A DNA stretch of 64,000 nt from positions 12,861-76,860 of the forward strand of contig JAVEZL010000002.1 in NCBI GenBank assembly GCA_034003005.1, read 5' to 3'. This stretch comes from Bacteroidales bacterium (lineage in GTDB: Bacteria; Bacteroidota; Bacteroidia; Bacteroidales; UBA932). A model generated the notes under the pieces. That model saw only the letters and a program-made list of their open reading frames with translations. It had not been told where the DNA came from and made no database searches. Positions 9,842 through 20,947 of this stretch are shown piece after piece (positions within the stretch are counted from its first letter, which is position 1; the number at the start of each line of letters is the position of its first letter). The translations under genes were made by a program, and so were the position numbers.

Positions 9842-10888
9842 ATGAAATTGAGAGGAATAACAACCAGGGAAGAGATAATTGCTATATTAAGGGAAGAGAA
9901 CCCTCAAATTATTTCCAAAATTATTGATGAAGCGTATCAAGTCAAGGTTGATAATATTGGAAGTAAGGTTTATTTAAGAGGATTGATTGAACTCTCAAAT
10001 ATTTGTGTGAAAAATTGTTTTTATTGTGGTATCAGAAAGGATAACGATAATGTACACAGATATGAACTTGCTGATGAGCAGGTTCTTGATGGTGCCAGAT
10101 TCGCTCTTGCTGCTGGATACGGGTCTTTGGTTCTTCAGGCCGGAGAGAGGTCTTCACCCCAGTACACAAGGCATGTTACAAAGCTCGTCAAGGAGATAAG
10201 AGAACTATCTAATGGAAAACTTGGCATTACATTATCACTTGGAGAGCAAACAAAAGACACATATAAAGAGTGGTTTGATGCGGGTGCCCATCGCTATCTT
10301 TTAAGGATAGAGAGTTCTAATCCTCAGCTTTATTCAAAAATTCATCCTGATAACTCATTACATTCATGGGAAAGAAGGGTACAGGCGATAAAGGATTTAA
10401 TTACTGTAGGTTATCAAACCGGAACCGGTGTAATGATTGGATTACCTTTTCAGAGTATTGAAGACTTGGCAGATGATCTAATGTTCATTAAAAACATAGG
10501 TGTTCATATGGTAGGGATGGGTCCTTATCTCAAACATTCTGAAACGCCCCTTGGACATCTCGGGGTTAATTCCACGAATCTTGATTTGACTCTAAAAATG
10601 GTTGCTGCGTTAAGGCTGCTGTTGCCAAAGATCAACATTGCAGCAACAACAGCAATGCAGGTTCTTGATCCGTTTGGCAGAGAGAGGGCTGTTATGGCTG
10701 GCGCAAATATCATTATGCCCAATATGACAATAACTGAAGTAAGGGAGGATTATCAGATTTATGAAAATAAACCCGGTATCCTGGATGATGCGGATATCTC
10801 TAAGAGCAAGCTTGAAGATAATCTTAGAAAAATGGGTATTGAGATTGGGTGGAATGAGTGGGGTGATTCAAAGGCCTTCACAAGATAG
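9842..10888 (+). CDS. hydE: [FeFe]-hydrogenase radical SAM maturase HydE
   Basis: LRGLIELSNICVKNCFYCGIR (CxxxCxxC), RYLLRIES, GANIIMPN, YQIY C-terminal motif. Adjacent to hydF. Confidence 0.9.
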   Translation: MKLRGITTREEIIAILREENPQIISKIIDEAYQVKVDNIGSKVYLRGLIELSNICVKNCFYCGIRKDNDNVHRYELADEQVLDGARFALAAGYGSLVLQAGERSSPQYTRHVTKLVKEIRELSNGKLGITLSLGEQTKDTYKEWFDAGAHRYLLRIESSNPQLYSKIHPDNSLHSWERRVQAIKDLITVGYQTGTGVMIGLPFQSIEDLADDLMFIKNIGVHMVGMGPYLKHSETPLGHLGVNSTNLDLTLKMVAALRLLLPKINIAATTAMQVLDPFGRERAVMAGANIIMPNMTITEVREDYQIYENKPGILDDADISKSKLEDNLRKMGIEIGWNEWGDSKAFTR

Positions 10889-10889
10889 T

Positions 10890-11411
10890 TCAGACTCTTT
10901 TTTCGTAAGCTTTTCTAAACAAAATGTCAAGATTCCTTCTTATTGCAACTGCTGTAATGGTGGCACCAGAATAACTGTCAGAAGTTGCTTTTGCATTCAT
11001 TGCATCTCTGATAGTAAGGCCCTCCCACGATGCAAAAAACTTCTGATGCTTAAGCATCTCTATGTATGACAGAGTCTCATAATGCGATAGCATTGTGATT
11101 TTTTTAATTCTCTTCTCCTTGTCAAGTATAACAATAACAGGTGTAGCTCCGTGATATCCCTTAATCCCCTCTGAGTATGGTTTGCTAGAGATGCAATATC
11201 CTAATAGAACATTGCTTTTATCCACTATCTTATGCCAAACATCATTTATCTGCACAATCTCAATTGCAGTGGGCATAACTTTTTTAACCTCCTGTAGTCC
11301 TGAAATCTCCTTTAGCACAGGTGTCTCATCTCCAAGTCCCTGATGTTGAGAGATAAGAGGGGTATTGAAAGATAATATGAGCAGAAGTAAAAGCAGTTTG
11401 ATTTGTTTCAT
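10890..11411 (-). CDS. Exported FMN-binding domain protein (RnfG/NqrC-like fold)
   Basis: Signal peptide, GYHG...P motif, HYET, and DSYSGATIT matching the [S/T]GA[S/T] flavinylation motif. Confidence 0.85.
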   Translation of the reverse strand: MKQIKLLLLLLILSFNTPLISQHQGLGDETPVLKEISGLQEVKKVMPTAIEIVQINDVWHKIVDKSNVLLGYCISSKPYSEGIKGYHGATPVIVILDKEKRIKKITMLSHYETLSYIEMLKHQKFFASWEGLTIRDAMNAKATSDSYSGATITAVAIRRNLDILFRKAYEKRV

Positions 11412-11443
11412 TTTACCTGAATTTTGTCCTTTTGTATTTGACT

Positions 11444-11476
11444 AAAAGAGCCGGCAATGGTTTACACTGCCGGCTC
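11444..11476 (-). terminator. Intrinsic terminator after ppdK
   Basis: Minus strand GAGCCGGCAGTG-TAAAC-CATTGCCGGCTC-TTTT. Confidence 0.8.
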
Positions 11477-11500
11477 AATTATTTAAAAAATATTAAAGAT

Positions 11501-14218
11501 CTATTTGTAGTCTTTTATAGCAGCCTGAGCAGCGGCAAGTCTTGCGATAGGAACTCTGAAAGGTGAACATGAAACGTAGTTCATTCCTATCTTGTGACAG
11601 AACTCAACTGATTCAGGATCTCCTCCGTGTTCTCCGCAAATACCTATCTTAAGTTTAGGATTGGTATTTCTTCCGCCTTTGATTCCAAGATCTACCAGCT
11701 TACCTACTGAAGACTGGTCAAGAGTCTGGAATGGATCTGCAGAAAGTACTTTCTGAGAAAGGTATCCTCCCATGAAAGAGCCAATGTCGTCTCTGGAGAA
11801 GCCAAACGTCATCTGTGTAAGGTCGTTTGTTCCGAATGAGAAGAACTGAGCTGTCTTTGCCATTTCGTCAGCAAGAAGAGCGGCTCTTGGTATTTCAATC
11901 ATAGTTCCGTACAGGTATGAAATCTTAACGCCAAATTGTTTCTCTACTTCTGCATGTGCTTTATCGCAAATAACTTTTTGGTGGTCAAGTTCGTTAACTG
12001 TAACTGTAACTGGAACCATAATTTCAGGCTGAGGATTGAATCCCTCTTTGATAAGTTCAGCTGTTGCTTCGAATATTGCTCTGAACTGAATCTCTGAAAT
12101 CTCAGGGTATGTTATACCAAGACGAACACCTCTGTGGCCCATCATTGGGTTAACCTCGTGAAGAGCTTCGCCTCTTTTTTTGATCTCTTCAGTTGAAATG
12201 CCCAACTCTTTAGCAAGCTCTGACTGCTTTTCTCCTGCTTGAGGAACAAACTCATGAAGTGGTGGATCCAGAAGCCTGAAGGTAACAGGTTTTCCGTCCA
12301 TAACTTTCATGGTGCCTTTTACAGCTGCCTTAACATAAGGCTCAAGCTCTGCAAGAGCGGCCTTACGCTCAATGATGTTATTTGCAAGAATCATCTTGCG
12401 AAGTTTTGATAGAGGAGCCTCAGAATTGAGCCCGTAGAACATGTGTTCAATACGGAACAGACCGATTCCCTCTGCACCAAAGTTTATTGCGTTTTGAGCA
12501 TCTTCAGGAGTGTCTGCATTTGTTCTTACTCCCAGAACTCTGTATTTATCAACTATATCCATATATTCAACAAAACGAGGATTCTCAGTAGCGCTCATTG
12601 TCTCAATCTTCTGATCGTAAACAAAGCCCTTTGAACCGTTTAGACTGAATACATCTCCCTCTTTATAGGATTTACCAGCTATAGTAAGTGTCTTTTTGTG
12701 AAGATCAATATGAAGCTGATCACAACCAACAATACAGCACTTACCCCAACCACGGGCAACGAGTGCTGCGTGAGAGGTCATACCGCCACGAGCTGTAAGC
12801 AGACCATCAGCCGCTCTCATACCTTCAACATCCTCAGGATTTGTCTCCTCGCGAACAAGGATAACGTTCTTGCCGGCAGCTGCCCACTCAACTGCATCTT
12901 CTGCAGTAAAGACAATCTGACCAACTGATCCTCCGGGACCTGCAGGAAGACCCCTGGCTATAACAGTAGCTCTCTTCTCTGAAGAAGGGTCAAGGATAGG
13001 GTGAAGGAGTTCGTCAAGCTGGGCAGGAGCAACTCTCATTACTGCTGTCTTTTCGTCGATAAGTCCTTCGTGGAGCATGTCCATTGCCATGTTAAGCGCA
13101 GCAAGACCTGTTCTCTTACCTACACGACACTGAAGCATCCATAGTTTTCCATCTTGTATGGTAAACTCGATATCCTGCATGTCGCGGAAGTGTTTTTGAA
13201 GGCTTAGCTGAATTGTGTCAAGCTCTTTGTAAACAACAGGCATTCCTGTTTCAAGTGATTGAAGATGCTTGTTCTGATCGTTCTTAGTTGATTCATTAAG
13301 AGGATTAGGTGTACGGATACCCGCAACAACATCTTCTCCCTGAGCATTTACAAGCCACTCACCATAGAATTTATTTTCTCCGGTAGCGGGGTTTCTTGAG
13401 AATGCAACACCGGTGGCAGAGTTGTCACCCATGTTTCCAAATACCATTGCCTGTACGTTTACAGCTGTTCCCCATTCGTCAGGAATGTTCTCAATTCTTC
13501 TGTATGAGATAGCTCTCTTACCATTCCAAGATTTGAACACAGCTCCAACTCCACCCCAAAGCTGCTCATATGCATTATCAGGGAATGGTTTGCCAAGAAC
13601 CTCTACAACTCTCCCTTTGAAAGCGTCGCAAAGTTGAACAAGATCCTCTTCTGTAAGGTCTGTATCACTCTTGTAGCCTTTCTTAGCTTTTACTTCATGA
13701 AGCATTTTGTCAAGCTGAACACGAATGCCTTTGCCCTCTTCAGGTTCAAGACCTTCTGCCTTTTCCATTACCACATCTGAGTACATCATAATCAGACGAC
13801 GGTATGCGTCATAAACAAACCTTGGATTACCGGTTTTCTTAATAAGACCAGGGATAGTCTCTGAGCAAAGGCCGATGTTAAGAACTGTCTCCATCATACC
13901 AGGCATTGAGCTTCTGGCACCTGAACGGCATGAGATAAGCAGTGGATTTTCTTTGTCACCAAATTTCATCTCCATCACAGCTTCGGTTTTTGCCAAAGCG
14001 TTATCTACCTCTTTTTTTAGTTCAGCAGGGAACTGCATTTTGTTTTTGTAAAACTCAACGCAAGTCTCTGTGGTGATTGTGAAACCAGCAGGAACCGGGA
14101 TACCCAGTTTGCACATTTCAGCAAGGTTTGCTCCCTTGCCACCTAGCAGATTCTTCATTGAGCCGTCTCCTTCAGCATCCTTGCCTCCGAAAAAATAAAC
14201 TCTTTTTAAATCAGACAT
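11501..14218 (-). CDS. ppdK: Pyruvate phosphate dikinase, 905 aa
   Basis: LLGGKGANLAEM, SMPGMM, GGMTSHAALVARG (phospho-His), SFGTNDLTQ, ICGEHGG. TATATTTG box at 14254-14261 (minus). Confidence 0.97.
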   Translation of the reverse strand: MSDLKRVYFFGGKDAEGDGSMKNLLGGKGANLAEMCKLGIPVPAGFTITTETCVEFYKNKMQFPAELKKEVDNALAKTEAVMEMKFGDKENPLLISCRSGARSSMPGMMETVLNIGLCSETIPGLIKKTGNPRFVYDAYRRLIMMYSDVVMEKAEGLEPEEGKGIRVQLDKMLHEVKAKKGYKSDTDLTEEDLVQLCDAFKGRVVEVLGKPFPDNAYEQLWGGVGAVFKSWNGKRAISYRRIENIPDEWGTAVNVQAMVFGNMGDNSATGVAFSRNPATGENKFYGEWLVNAQGEDVVAGIRTPNPLNESTKNDQNKHLQSLETGMPVVYKELDTIQLSLQKHFRDMQDIEFTIQDGKLWMLQCRVGKRTGLAALNMAMDMLHEGLIDEKTAVMRVAPAQLDELLHPILDPSSEKRATVIARGLPAGPGGSVGQIVFTAEDAVEWAAAGKNVILVREETNPEDVEGMRAADGLLTARGGMTSHAALVARGWGKCCIVGCDQLHIDLHKKTLTIAGKSYKEGDVFSLNGSKGFVYDQKIETMSATENPRFVEYMDIVDKYRVLGVRTNADTPEDAQNAINFGAEGIGLFRIEHMFYGLNSEAPLSKLRKMILANNIIERKAALAELEPYVKAAVKGTMKVMDGKPVTFRLLDPPLHEFVPQAGEKQSELAKELGISTEEIKKRGEALHEVNPMMGHRGVRLGITYPEISEIQFRAIFEATAELIKEGFNPQPEIMVPVTVTVNELDHQKVICDKAHAEVEKQFGVKISYLYGTMIEIPRAALLADEMAKTAQFFSFGTNDLTQMTFGFSRDDIGSFMGGYLSQKVLSADPFQTLDQSSVGKLVDLGIKGGRNTNPKLKIGICGEHGGDPESVEFCHKIGMNYVSCSPFRVPIARLAAAQAAIKDYK

Positions 14219-14272
14219 ATTTATAATTATTTGGGTTATTTTCAATTGGGGTGCAAATATAACAAAAATTCC

Positions 14273-15613
14273 TTACAATAGTTTGCCAGCAAGCTCAGAC
14301 AGAGCACTACGCTCACCCTTAGTAAGATTTATGTGACAGAAGAGTTCCTGACCATACATTTTTTCACTAAGGTGGGTAAGACCATTTGAGTGAATATCCA
14401 GGTAAGGTGAATCTATTTGGTGAATATCTCCCGTAAAGACAAGCTTTGAACCCTCTCCGGCTCTTGTTATAATAGTCTTTATTTCGTGAGGAGTAAGATT
14501 TTGTGCCTCATCTACAATGAAGAAAACATTTGAGAGACTTCTACCACGGATGTATGCAAGTGGAGAGATCATTAATTTTTCCGTACGAAGCATCTCTTCA
14601 ATTCTAACTACCTCCTTGCTCGTGTCTCTGAATGAATTTTTGATTACGCTCAGGTTGTCAAAAAGTGGAAGCATAAACGGTCCCAGTTTCTCCTTAATAT
14701 CTCCGGGTAAAAACCCCATATCCTGGTTTTGCAGAGGAATAACCGGTCTTGAAAGCAGAATCTGGTCAAACTCCTGTTCTTGTGCTATTGCTGCAGCCAG
14801 AGCGAGGAGAGTCTTACCGGTTCCCGCCATACCCGTAAGTGAGACAAGTTTTATATCTGGATTAAGCAAGGCCTCAATGGCAAATGCCTGCTCGTCATTA
14901 CGCGGTTCTATTCCGTAAGCTTTTGTTCTTTTGATACCAATTAGAGATTCTGTGACAGAACTATATCTTGCCAGAACAGGGTGGGATCCCTCTTCCCTCT
15001 CAAATTTGAAAAGTTGATTTGGAACGGAACTCTTAATCTTGAACTCTTTTAGTGTAGCACCACCACCATAGAAGAGCTTGTCAACGGCTGTTTGTGTTGC
15101 ATCTTTAATGGTAATAACCTCTTTGTGAATACTGGCAACCTGCTCTTCAGTTACTTTGTCTGTGAGGTAGTCTTCTGCCATTATTCTCAAGGCCTTGGCC
15201 TTCATCCTCAGATTTATGTCTTTTGTTACAAGAACGACTGTCCTATCCGGGTTGTTCTCCTTTAGCCATTGGGTTGTTGCAATTATCCTGTGGTCAGGTG
15301 TGTCATCAAAAAATGATTCAGCCATTTGCTCACTGAAAGGGTGTCCTAGCTCAATTTTTATAAGCCCTCTTCCTTTTCCAATTCTTACCCCTTTGTCGAA
15401 TAATTGATTGTCAGTGATCTTGTCCATCTCACGGACAAATTCGCGGGCATTGTAATTTATTGTGTCATTTCCCTTTTTGAATTTGTCCAACTCCTCAATG
15501 ACAGTGATTGGTATCACAATGTCATTTTCCTGAAAGTTGTGAATGGATCTGAAATCGTGCAGGATAACGTTTGTGTCCAGCACGAAGATCTTTGGCTGTT
15601 TAATCTTTTTCAT
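14273..15613 (-). CDS. PhoH2-type protein (PIN domain + PhoH ATPase)
   Basis: N-terminal FVLDTNV...EELD...D.RI...TKD PIN motifs; Walker A GMAGTGKT, GFLPG, RGRS, DEAQN, GDIHQID. Confidence 0.9.
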   Translation of the reverse strand: MKKIKQPKIFVLDTNVILHDFRSIHNFQENDIVIPITVIEELDKFKKGNDTINYNAREFVREMDKITDNQLFDKGVRIGKGRGLIKIELGHPFSEQMAESFFDDTPDHRIIATTQWLKENNPDRTVVLVTKDINLRMKAKALRIMAEDYLTDKVTEEQVASIHKEVITIKDATQTAVDKLFYGGGATLKEFKIKSSVPNQLFKFEREEGSHPVLARYSSVTESLIGIKRTKAYGIEPRNDEQAFAIEALLNPDIKLVSLTGMAGTGKTLLALAAAIAQEQEFDQILLSRPVIPLQNQDMGFLPGDIKEKLGPFMLPLFDNLSVIKNSFRDTSKEVVRIEEMLRTEKLMISPLAYIRGRSLSNVFFIVDEAQNLTPHEIKTIITRAGEGSKLVFTGDIHQIDSPYLDIHSNGLTHLSEKMYGQELFCHINLTKGERSALSELAGKLL

Positions 15614-15614
15614 G

Positions 15615-18600
15615 TTAACTGGTTTTATGTTCAATCCACTTTCTTGCATTTACAAACATTTCGAACCATGGAGTAACCTCTTCCATTGTCCTGTCCGATG
15701 GGTAGTGTGCCCAGTTGTGAGGGTGAATACATCTTTCCGGATGAGGCATCATTGCCAGGTGCCTCCCATCAAGGCTGCAAACACCTGCAACCCCTTCAGG
15801 AGATCCGTTTGGATTTGCAGGATAGTCGGTATAACTATAGCGAAGTGCTGTTTTGAATTGGTCACGGCCCATTGGGAAGGAGAATTTACCCTCTCCGTGA
15901 GCTACCCAAATACCCAGTGATGAGTTTTCAAGTGATTTTAGCATTACAGCAGGGGACTCATCTATTGAAACCCCTACAAAAGCACTCTCGTATTTATGAC
16001 TATTGTTGTGAAGCATTTTAGGAGAGAGCTCTCTCTCCTCTGGAGTGATAAGGCCAAGTTCTGCCATAAGCTGGCACCCGTTACATACACCTAAACTCAA
16101 AGTGTCTTCTCTTTTGTAGAAGTTGTCAATGGCCTCTTTGGCTTTTGAATTATAGAGGAATGCTCCAGCCCAGCCTTTTGCAGAGCCTAAGGTGTCTGCA
16201 TTTGAGAATCCTCCAACGAATACAGCAATCTTTACATCTGTAAGATTCTCTCTGCCAGATATAAGATCTGTCATGTGAACATCTTTAACTCTGAATCCCG
16301 CTTTATAGAGGGCAAAAGCCATCTCCCGGTCTCCGTTGGACCCCTTTTCTCTTATTATTGCAGCAACCGGAGCTTCAATCGTAGAGTTATCCGGAATTAC
16401 ATAGCTCTCAAGATTGCCTTTAAATGCAGGAGGAAAGTTATATCTGAGAGGCTGGACATTGAAATTCTGGAAACGTTCAAGTGCAAGAGCTTCCCCTGTT
16501 TGCCTGATGTCATGAAGGTATGATGTCTTCATCCAAAGGTTTCTCAGACTATCAATATCAAATATTTCTGTTTGTTTGTTTAGGGTAACCTTCCCAACCC
16601 TCTCTTCGCACCAGTTTCCAATATTATATATTAAAACGTTGTTTCTATCAGATATGTCTTCTATATTTTTTAAATCTGAATTTCTGATTTGAATTAAAAC
16701 TCCAGGCATTTCAGAGAATAAAACTTTGACAAGATCCTTTTCTCCAATTGAATTTAGATTAATATTAAAGCCCCCGTCCACATTTGCAAAAGACATTTCA
16801 AGCAGTGCAGTGATCACTCCTCCCGATGAGATATCATGTCCGGCCAGCAGTAGACCCTCCTTGATAAATTCCTGAACTGTGTTGAAACACTTTGCAAAAT
16901 ACTCAGCATCATTTACATCCGGAGTTGAGTTGCCTAACTGGCCGGTAACCTGAGCAAGGGCAGAGCCACCTAGTTCAAAGCTCTTCTCTGTAACAGGGCT
17001 AAATGGAAGATAAACTATTGAAGATTCTTTATCCTTAGCAAATACCGGTTTAATAGTATTTCTGATATCCTGAGATTCCGCAACTGCAGAAATTATTACA
17101 GTACCGGGTGAGATAACTCTGTCGCCATCCGGGTATTTCTGGGTCATTGATAGTGAGTCTTTTCCGGTAGGAATATTTATTCCAAGTTCAATTGAAAAAT
17201 CACTTGCCGCCTTCACTGCTTTATATAAACGTGCATCCTCGCCTTGATTTCTGCATGGCCACATCCAGTTTGCAGATAATGACACACCCTTGAGCCCCTG
17301 TTCAAGCGGAGTCCATATTATATTTGTAAGAGCCTCTGCTATTGCCAGTCTGCTTCCTGATGCCGAGTCAATTATTGCCGATGCTGGTGCGTGACCGATT
17401 GATGTAGCAATTCCGCGATAATCCATGTAGCCTATGGCTGTAACACCCAGATTATTAAGAGGAAGTTGAATTTCTCCGGCTGTCTGCTGAAGAGCTATAA
17501 GTCCGCTTACGGATCTGTCTACTTTGTTTGTAAGCCAATCCTTGGATGCGACTGATTCAATCTGTAAAACCTGCTCTGTGTAATACTGAATCTCCTCAGA
17601 GTCATATTCAAGTGGGTCAAACCTCTCTTTAATCTCAACATCCTCCATAACAGTTTTAGGAGTTGAGCCTAGTAAGTCTTTTACTTCCAGGTCGAATGGC
17701 TTCTCGTTTGTCTTTGTGTTAAGAAAAGTGAAATTATGTTCGCCTGTAGCCTCTCCCACTACATACATCGGGGCTCTCTCTCTATCGGCAACCCTTTTGG
17801 CCATGTCGATATCTTTCTCTTTCATTATCATGCCCATGCGCTCCTGAGATTCGTTGCCGATAATCTCTTTTGCAGATAGGGTAGGGTCTCCTACAGGCAG
17901 ATTGTCAATGTATATATCACCTCCAGTCTCCTCTACCAATTCAGAGAGAGAGTTAAGGTGTCCCCCAGCTCCGTGATCATGCACAGAGACAATAGGATTA
18001 GTATTGCTCTCTGCCAATCCTCTTAAGGCGTTATATACCCTCTTTTGCATCTCCGGATTTGAACGCTGAACTGCGTTGAGTTCAATGCTATTTTCAAATT
18101 CTCCTGTTGCAACAGAAGAGACAGCACCACCTCCCATTCCTATTCTGTAGTTGTCACCGCCCATAACAACCACTTTGTCACCTTTTTCTGGAGAGTGTTT
18201 AAGCGCATACTCTTTTTTCGCATAACCTACACCGCCGGCCAGCATAATTACCTTATCATAACCATACTGATTCCATCCCTCTCTGTGTTCAAAGGTGAGT
18301 AGGCTTCCGCAAATTAATGCCTGACCAAATTTGTTTCCAAAGTCGCTGGCTCCGTTGGATGCTTTTGTAAGTATCTCCTGAGGAGATTGATACAGCCACT
18401 CCCTCTCCGGGGTCATCTCCCAATCTCTCCCCTCTGTTTCAAGTCTTGGATAAGAGGTCATGTATACTGCAGTCCCGGCCACAGGATAAGATCCTCTGCC
18501 GCCTGCCATTCTGTCTCTTATCTCTCCGCCTGAGCCGGTTGCTGCTCCGTTGAATGGTTCAACTGTAGTGGGGAAGTTATGAGTCTCGGCCTTAAGAGAT

Positions 18601-19328
18601 ATGACTGTCTCCTCTTCGTGAGCAATGAAAAAATCGGGTTTATCAGGCGAAGCAGGGTGGAAGAGTTTGACTTTTGGACCCTCAAGAAAGGCGCAATTGT
18701 CTTTATAAGCAGATACAATTCTGTTTGGGTTCTCTTTAGAAGTCTTTTTAATCATCTGAAATAGTGATGACTCCATCTCTACTCCGTTGATGATGAATCT
18801 TCCGTTAAATATCTTGTGCCTGCAATGCTCTGAGTTAACTTGTGAAAACCCAAATATCTCGCTGTCAGTAAGTTCTCTGCCAAGTTTGAGAGAGAGCTTT
18901 TCAAGGTAATCAATCTCATCCTTATTAAGTGCAAGCCCCTCTCTATCATTATAATCAGATATATCCGCAACTTTTATGACCTCTTCAGGCTTATGGATGA
19001 TTGTAAAAATCTCCTGGTCAAGCCCATGATAAACCCTTTGCAACATCTTGTCATATACAATTTCAGCTTCGTTTTCGAATGGAAAAAATTCTTCCATCCG
19101 GGTGATTCCTGAAATATTCATATTCTGAGTAATCTCCACGGCAGTTGTGCTCCATGGGGTAACCATTTCTCTTCTTGGACCTGCAAAAAGGCCTTGGACA
19201 ACGTTGTTCTCAAGTAATTCAGCTTCACCGAGAAGCCATTTGAGAGTATTAAGATCGTTGCTGGTTATCTCTTTTGCTGTTGCTATTGCAACCACTGTGT
19301 TCTGATTTGTTCTGAAGAATAGAATCAT
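15615..19328 (-). CDS. purL: Phosphoribosylformylglycinamidine synthase (large PurL)
   Basis: [33 protein letters not shown]; glutaminase domain GVCNGCQ and MMPHPER. Confidence 0.97.
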   Translation of the reverse strand: MILFFRTNQNTVVAIATAKEITSNDLNTLKWLLGEAELLENNVVQGLFAGPRREMVTPWSTTAVEITQNMNISGITRMEEFFPFENEAEIVYDKMLQRVYHGLDQEIFTIIHKPEEVIKVADISDYNDREGLALNKDEIDYLEKLSLKLGRELTDSEIFGFSQVNSEHCRHKIFNGRFIINGVEMESSLFQMIKKTSKENPNRIVSAYKDNCAFLEGPKVKLFHPASPDKPDFFIAHEEETVISLKAETHNFPTTVEPFNGAATGSGGEIRDRMAGGRGSYPVAGTAVYMTSYPRLETEGRDWEMTPEREWLYQSPQEILTKASNGASDFGNKFGQALICGSLLTFEHREGWNQYGYDKVIMLAGGVGYAKKEYALKHSPEKGDKVVVMGGDNYRIGMGGGAVSSVATGEFENSIELNAVQRSNPEMQKRVYNALRGLAESNTNPIVSVHDHGAGGHLNSLSELVEETGGDIYIDNLPVGDPTLSAKEIIGNESQERMGMIMKEKDIDMAKRVADRERAPMYVVGEATGEHNFTFLNTKTNEKPFDLEVKDLLGSTPKTVMEDVEIKERFDPLEYDSEEIQYYTEQVLQIESVASKDWLTNKVDRSVSGLIALQQTAGEIQLPLNNLGVTAIGYMDYRGIATSIGHAPASAIIDSASGSRLAIAEALTNIIWTPLEQGLKGVSLSANWMWPCRNQGEDARLYKAVKAASDFSIELGINIPTGKDSLSMTQKYPDGDRVISPGTVIISAVAESQDIRNTIKPVFAKDKESSIVYLPFSPVTEKSFELGGSALAQVTGQLGNSTPDVNDAEYFAKCFNTVQEFIKEGLLLAGHDISSGGVITALLEMSFANVDGGFNINLNSIGEKDLVKVLFSEMPGVLIQIRNSDLKNIEDISDRNNVLIYNIGNWCEERVGKVTLNKQTEIFDIDSLRNLWMKTSYLHDIRQTGEALALERFQNFNVQPLRYNFPPAFKGNLESYVIPDNSTIEAPVAAIIREKGSNGDREMAFALYKAGFRVKDVHMTDLISGRENLTDVKIAVFVGGFSNADTLGSAKGWAGAFLYNSKAKEAIDNFYKREDTLSLGVCNGCQLMAELGLITPEERELSPKMLHNNSHKYESAFVGVSIDESPAVMLKSLENSSLGIWVAHGEGKFSFPMGRDQFKTALRYSYTDYPANPNGSPEGVAGVCSLDGRHLAMMPHPERCIHPHNWAHYPSDRTMEEVTPWFEMFVNARKWIEHKTS

Positions 19329-19431
19329 GTGATAAATTGATGATAGGTGTTGAGGCCATAAAATTACTGCTTTTTACCCAATGTGTAAAAAATATGACCA
19401 TTTTTGCACTAATTTTAATGTAAGTCCATGT

Positions 19432-20733
19432 ATGGTTGATATAAATATCTATAATAAAGAGATTGAATGGATATTCAATAAGTTTCCCTCTTATCAGAAA
19501 GTTGGTAATCGTGCATACAAGCCAGGGCTTGAAACTATGCAGGAATTTGATAGATTGATTGGCTCTCCGCACAAGAAATTTATGACAATACATATTGCCG
19601 GGACAAATGGAAAGGGGTCTGTGTCACATATGCTTGCATCCGTTTTTGCTTCGGCGGGCCTCAAAACGGGTCTCTACACCTCTCCACACCTTATTGATTT
19701 CAGAGAGAGAATCAGAGTAAACGGAGAGATGATTTCAAAAGAGGAGGTTCTAGATTTCATATCTGTTAGAAAAGAGTTCATGGTTGAGAAAGAGACTTCA
19801 TTCTTTGAAATTACTACAGCAATGGCATTTGACCACTTTGCAAGACATAATGTAGATATTGCCGTAATTGAAACAGGCCTTGGTGGCAGACTTGACTCTA
19901 CAAATATCATCACTCCGGAACTAAGTATAATTACTAATATTGCAATGGACCATTGTGAGTATCTGGGATACACTCTTCCGGAGATTGCTTTTGAAAAGGC
20001 AGGTATTATTAAAAACGGGGTTCCTGTAGTGGTAGGAGAGGTGTTAAATAATACCAGAGAAGTCTTTGATAAAATTTCAGTTGAACGTGGTTCTCCACTC
20101 ACTTATGCTCAAGAGTCGAGGTTTAAGGATGTGATGCCTGCAGATTATGAAATTGATCTCAAGGGTGATTATCAAATTCATAACATCAGAACTGTACTTG
20201 CTGCACTCAATATTTTAGGCCATAATCACCGATTTACTAAATTATCTGGTTCACGCTGGAGTGACTCTAGTATAAGAGATGGTATAAAGAATACTGCGAA
20301 AAGCACAGGCCTCAGAGGGCGATGGGAACAGCTGTCAGAAAACCCGCAGATCATCTGCGACACTGGTCACAATGCAAACGGGCTGAGGATAGTTTTCTCT
20401 CAGTTAAGAAAGCAGAAGTTTAACAGGCTCTTTATTATTCTGGGTTTTGTAGCTGATAAAGACCTTGAAAAGATATTCGGATATATGCCACGAAATGCCT
20501 ACTATCTTTTTTCACAGGCATCTACAGAGAGAGCTCTCGAAGCCTCTAAGCTGGCAGAGAGATGTAAAAGCATGGGGTTTCAGGGAGAATTTTATCCAAA
20601 TGTAGAGTCGGCTTTAAAGAAGTTTAAAGTTTTGTGTAAAGAGGGAGATTTGTTATTTATAGGGGGATCTACCTTCATTGTAGCAGATGCAATATTTTTT
20701 TTAGAAAATAACATTGATTTTTTTGCAAAATAA
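19432..20733 (+). CDS. folC: Folylpolyglutamate/dihydrofolate synthase
   Basis: IHIAGTNGKGS, TSPHL, ETGLGGRLDSTN, EKAGIIK, GRW, DTGHN. Start uncertain (19381 or 19432). Confidence 0.93.
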   Translation: MVDINIYNKEIEWIFNKFPSYQKVGNRAYKPGLETMQEFDRLIGSPHKKFMTIHIAGTNGKGSVSHMLASVFASAGLKTGLYTSPHLIDFRERIRVNGEMISKEEVLDFISVRKEFMVEKETSFFEITTAMAFDHFARHNVDIAVIETGLGGRLDSTNIITPELSIITNIAMDHCEYLGYTLPEIAFEKAGIIKNGVPVVVGEVLNNTREVFDKISVERGSPLTYAQESRFKDVMPADYEIDLKGDYQIHNIRTVLAALNILGHNHRFTKLSGSRWSDSSIRDGIKNTAKSTGLRGRWEQLSENPQIICDTGHNANGLRIVFSQLRKQKFNRLFIILGFVADKDLEKIFGYMPRNAYYLFSQASTERALEASKLAERCKSMGFQGEFYPNVESALKKFKVLCKEGDLLFIGGSTFIVADAIFFLENNIDFFAK

Positions 20734-20752
20734 AAAAATGGGTATATCTTTG
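20722..20752 (+). promoter_or_regulatory. Sigma-A promoter of tRNA-Val (-33/-7)
   Basis: TTTG at 20722-20725 and TATCTTTG at 20745-20752. Confidence 0.7.
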
Positions 20753-20784
20753 CACTCCCAAACGAAAAGAATGGGGCTGCAAAA

Positions 20785-20859
20785 GGGAGCATAGCTCAGT
20801 TGGTTTAGAGCATCTGCCTTACAAGCAGAGGGTCGGGGGTTCGACTCCCTCTGCTCCCA
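20785..20859 (+). tRNA. tRNA-Val (anticodon TAC)
   Basis: Acceptor GGGAGCA/TGCTCCC, D-arm GCTC..GAGC, anticodon arm TCTGC-CTTACAA-GCAGA, T-loop GTTCGACTC. Confidence 0.96.
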
Positions 20860-20860
20860 C

Positions 20861-20892
20861 AAGAAGAGTGTCAGTAATGGCACTCTTTTTTT
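20861..20892 (+). terminator. Intrinsic terminator after tRNA-Val
   Basis: AAGAGTGTCA-GTAA-TGGCACTCTT followed by a T run. Confidence 0.85.
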
Positions 20893-20947
20893 CTTTTTAT
20901 TTATCCCTCTTTTTCTTAAATTTGTTTTACACTAAAAAATAAATATT

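Noticed and set aside
19329-19431. Purine or ZTP riboswitch upstream of purL/folC (also checked upstream of guaA)
   Set aside because: The spacers are short and AT-rich, with no recognisable aptamer motifs or terminator hairpin.
20701-20883. 60-aa minus-strand ORF (WEQRESNPRPSACKADAL)
   Set aside because: Typical antisense translation of a tRNA gene.
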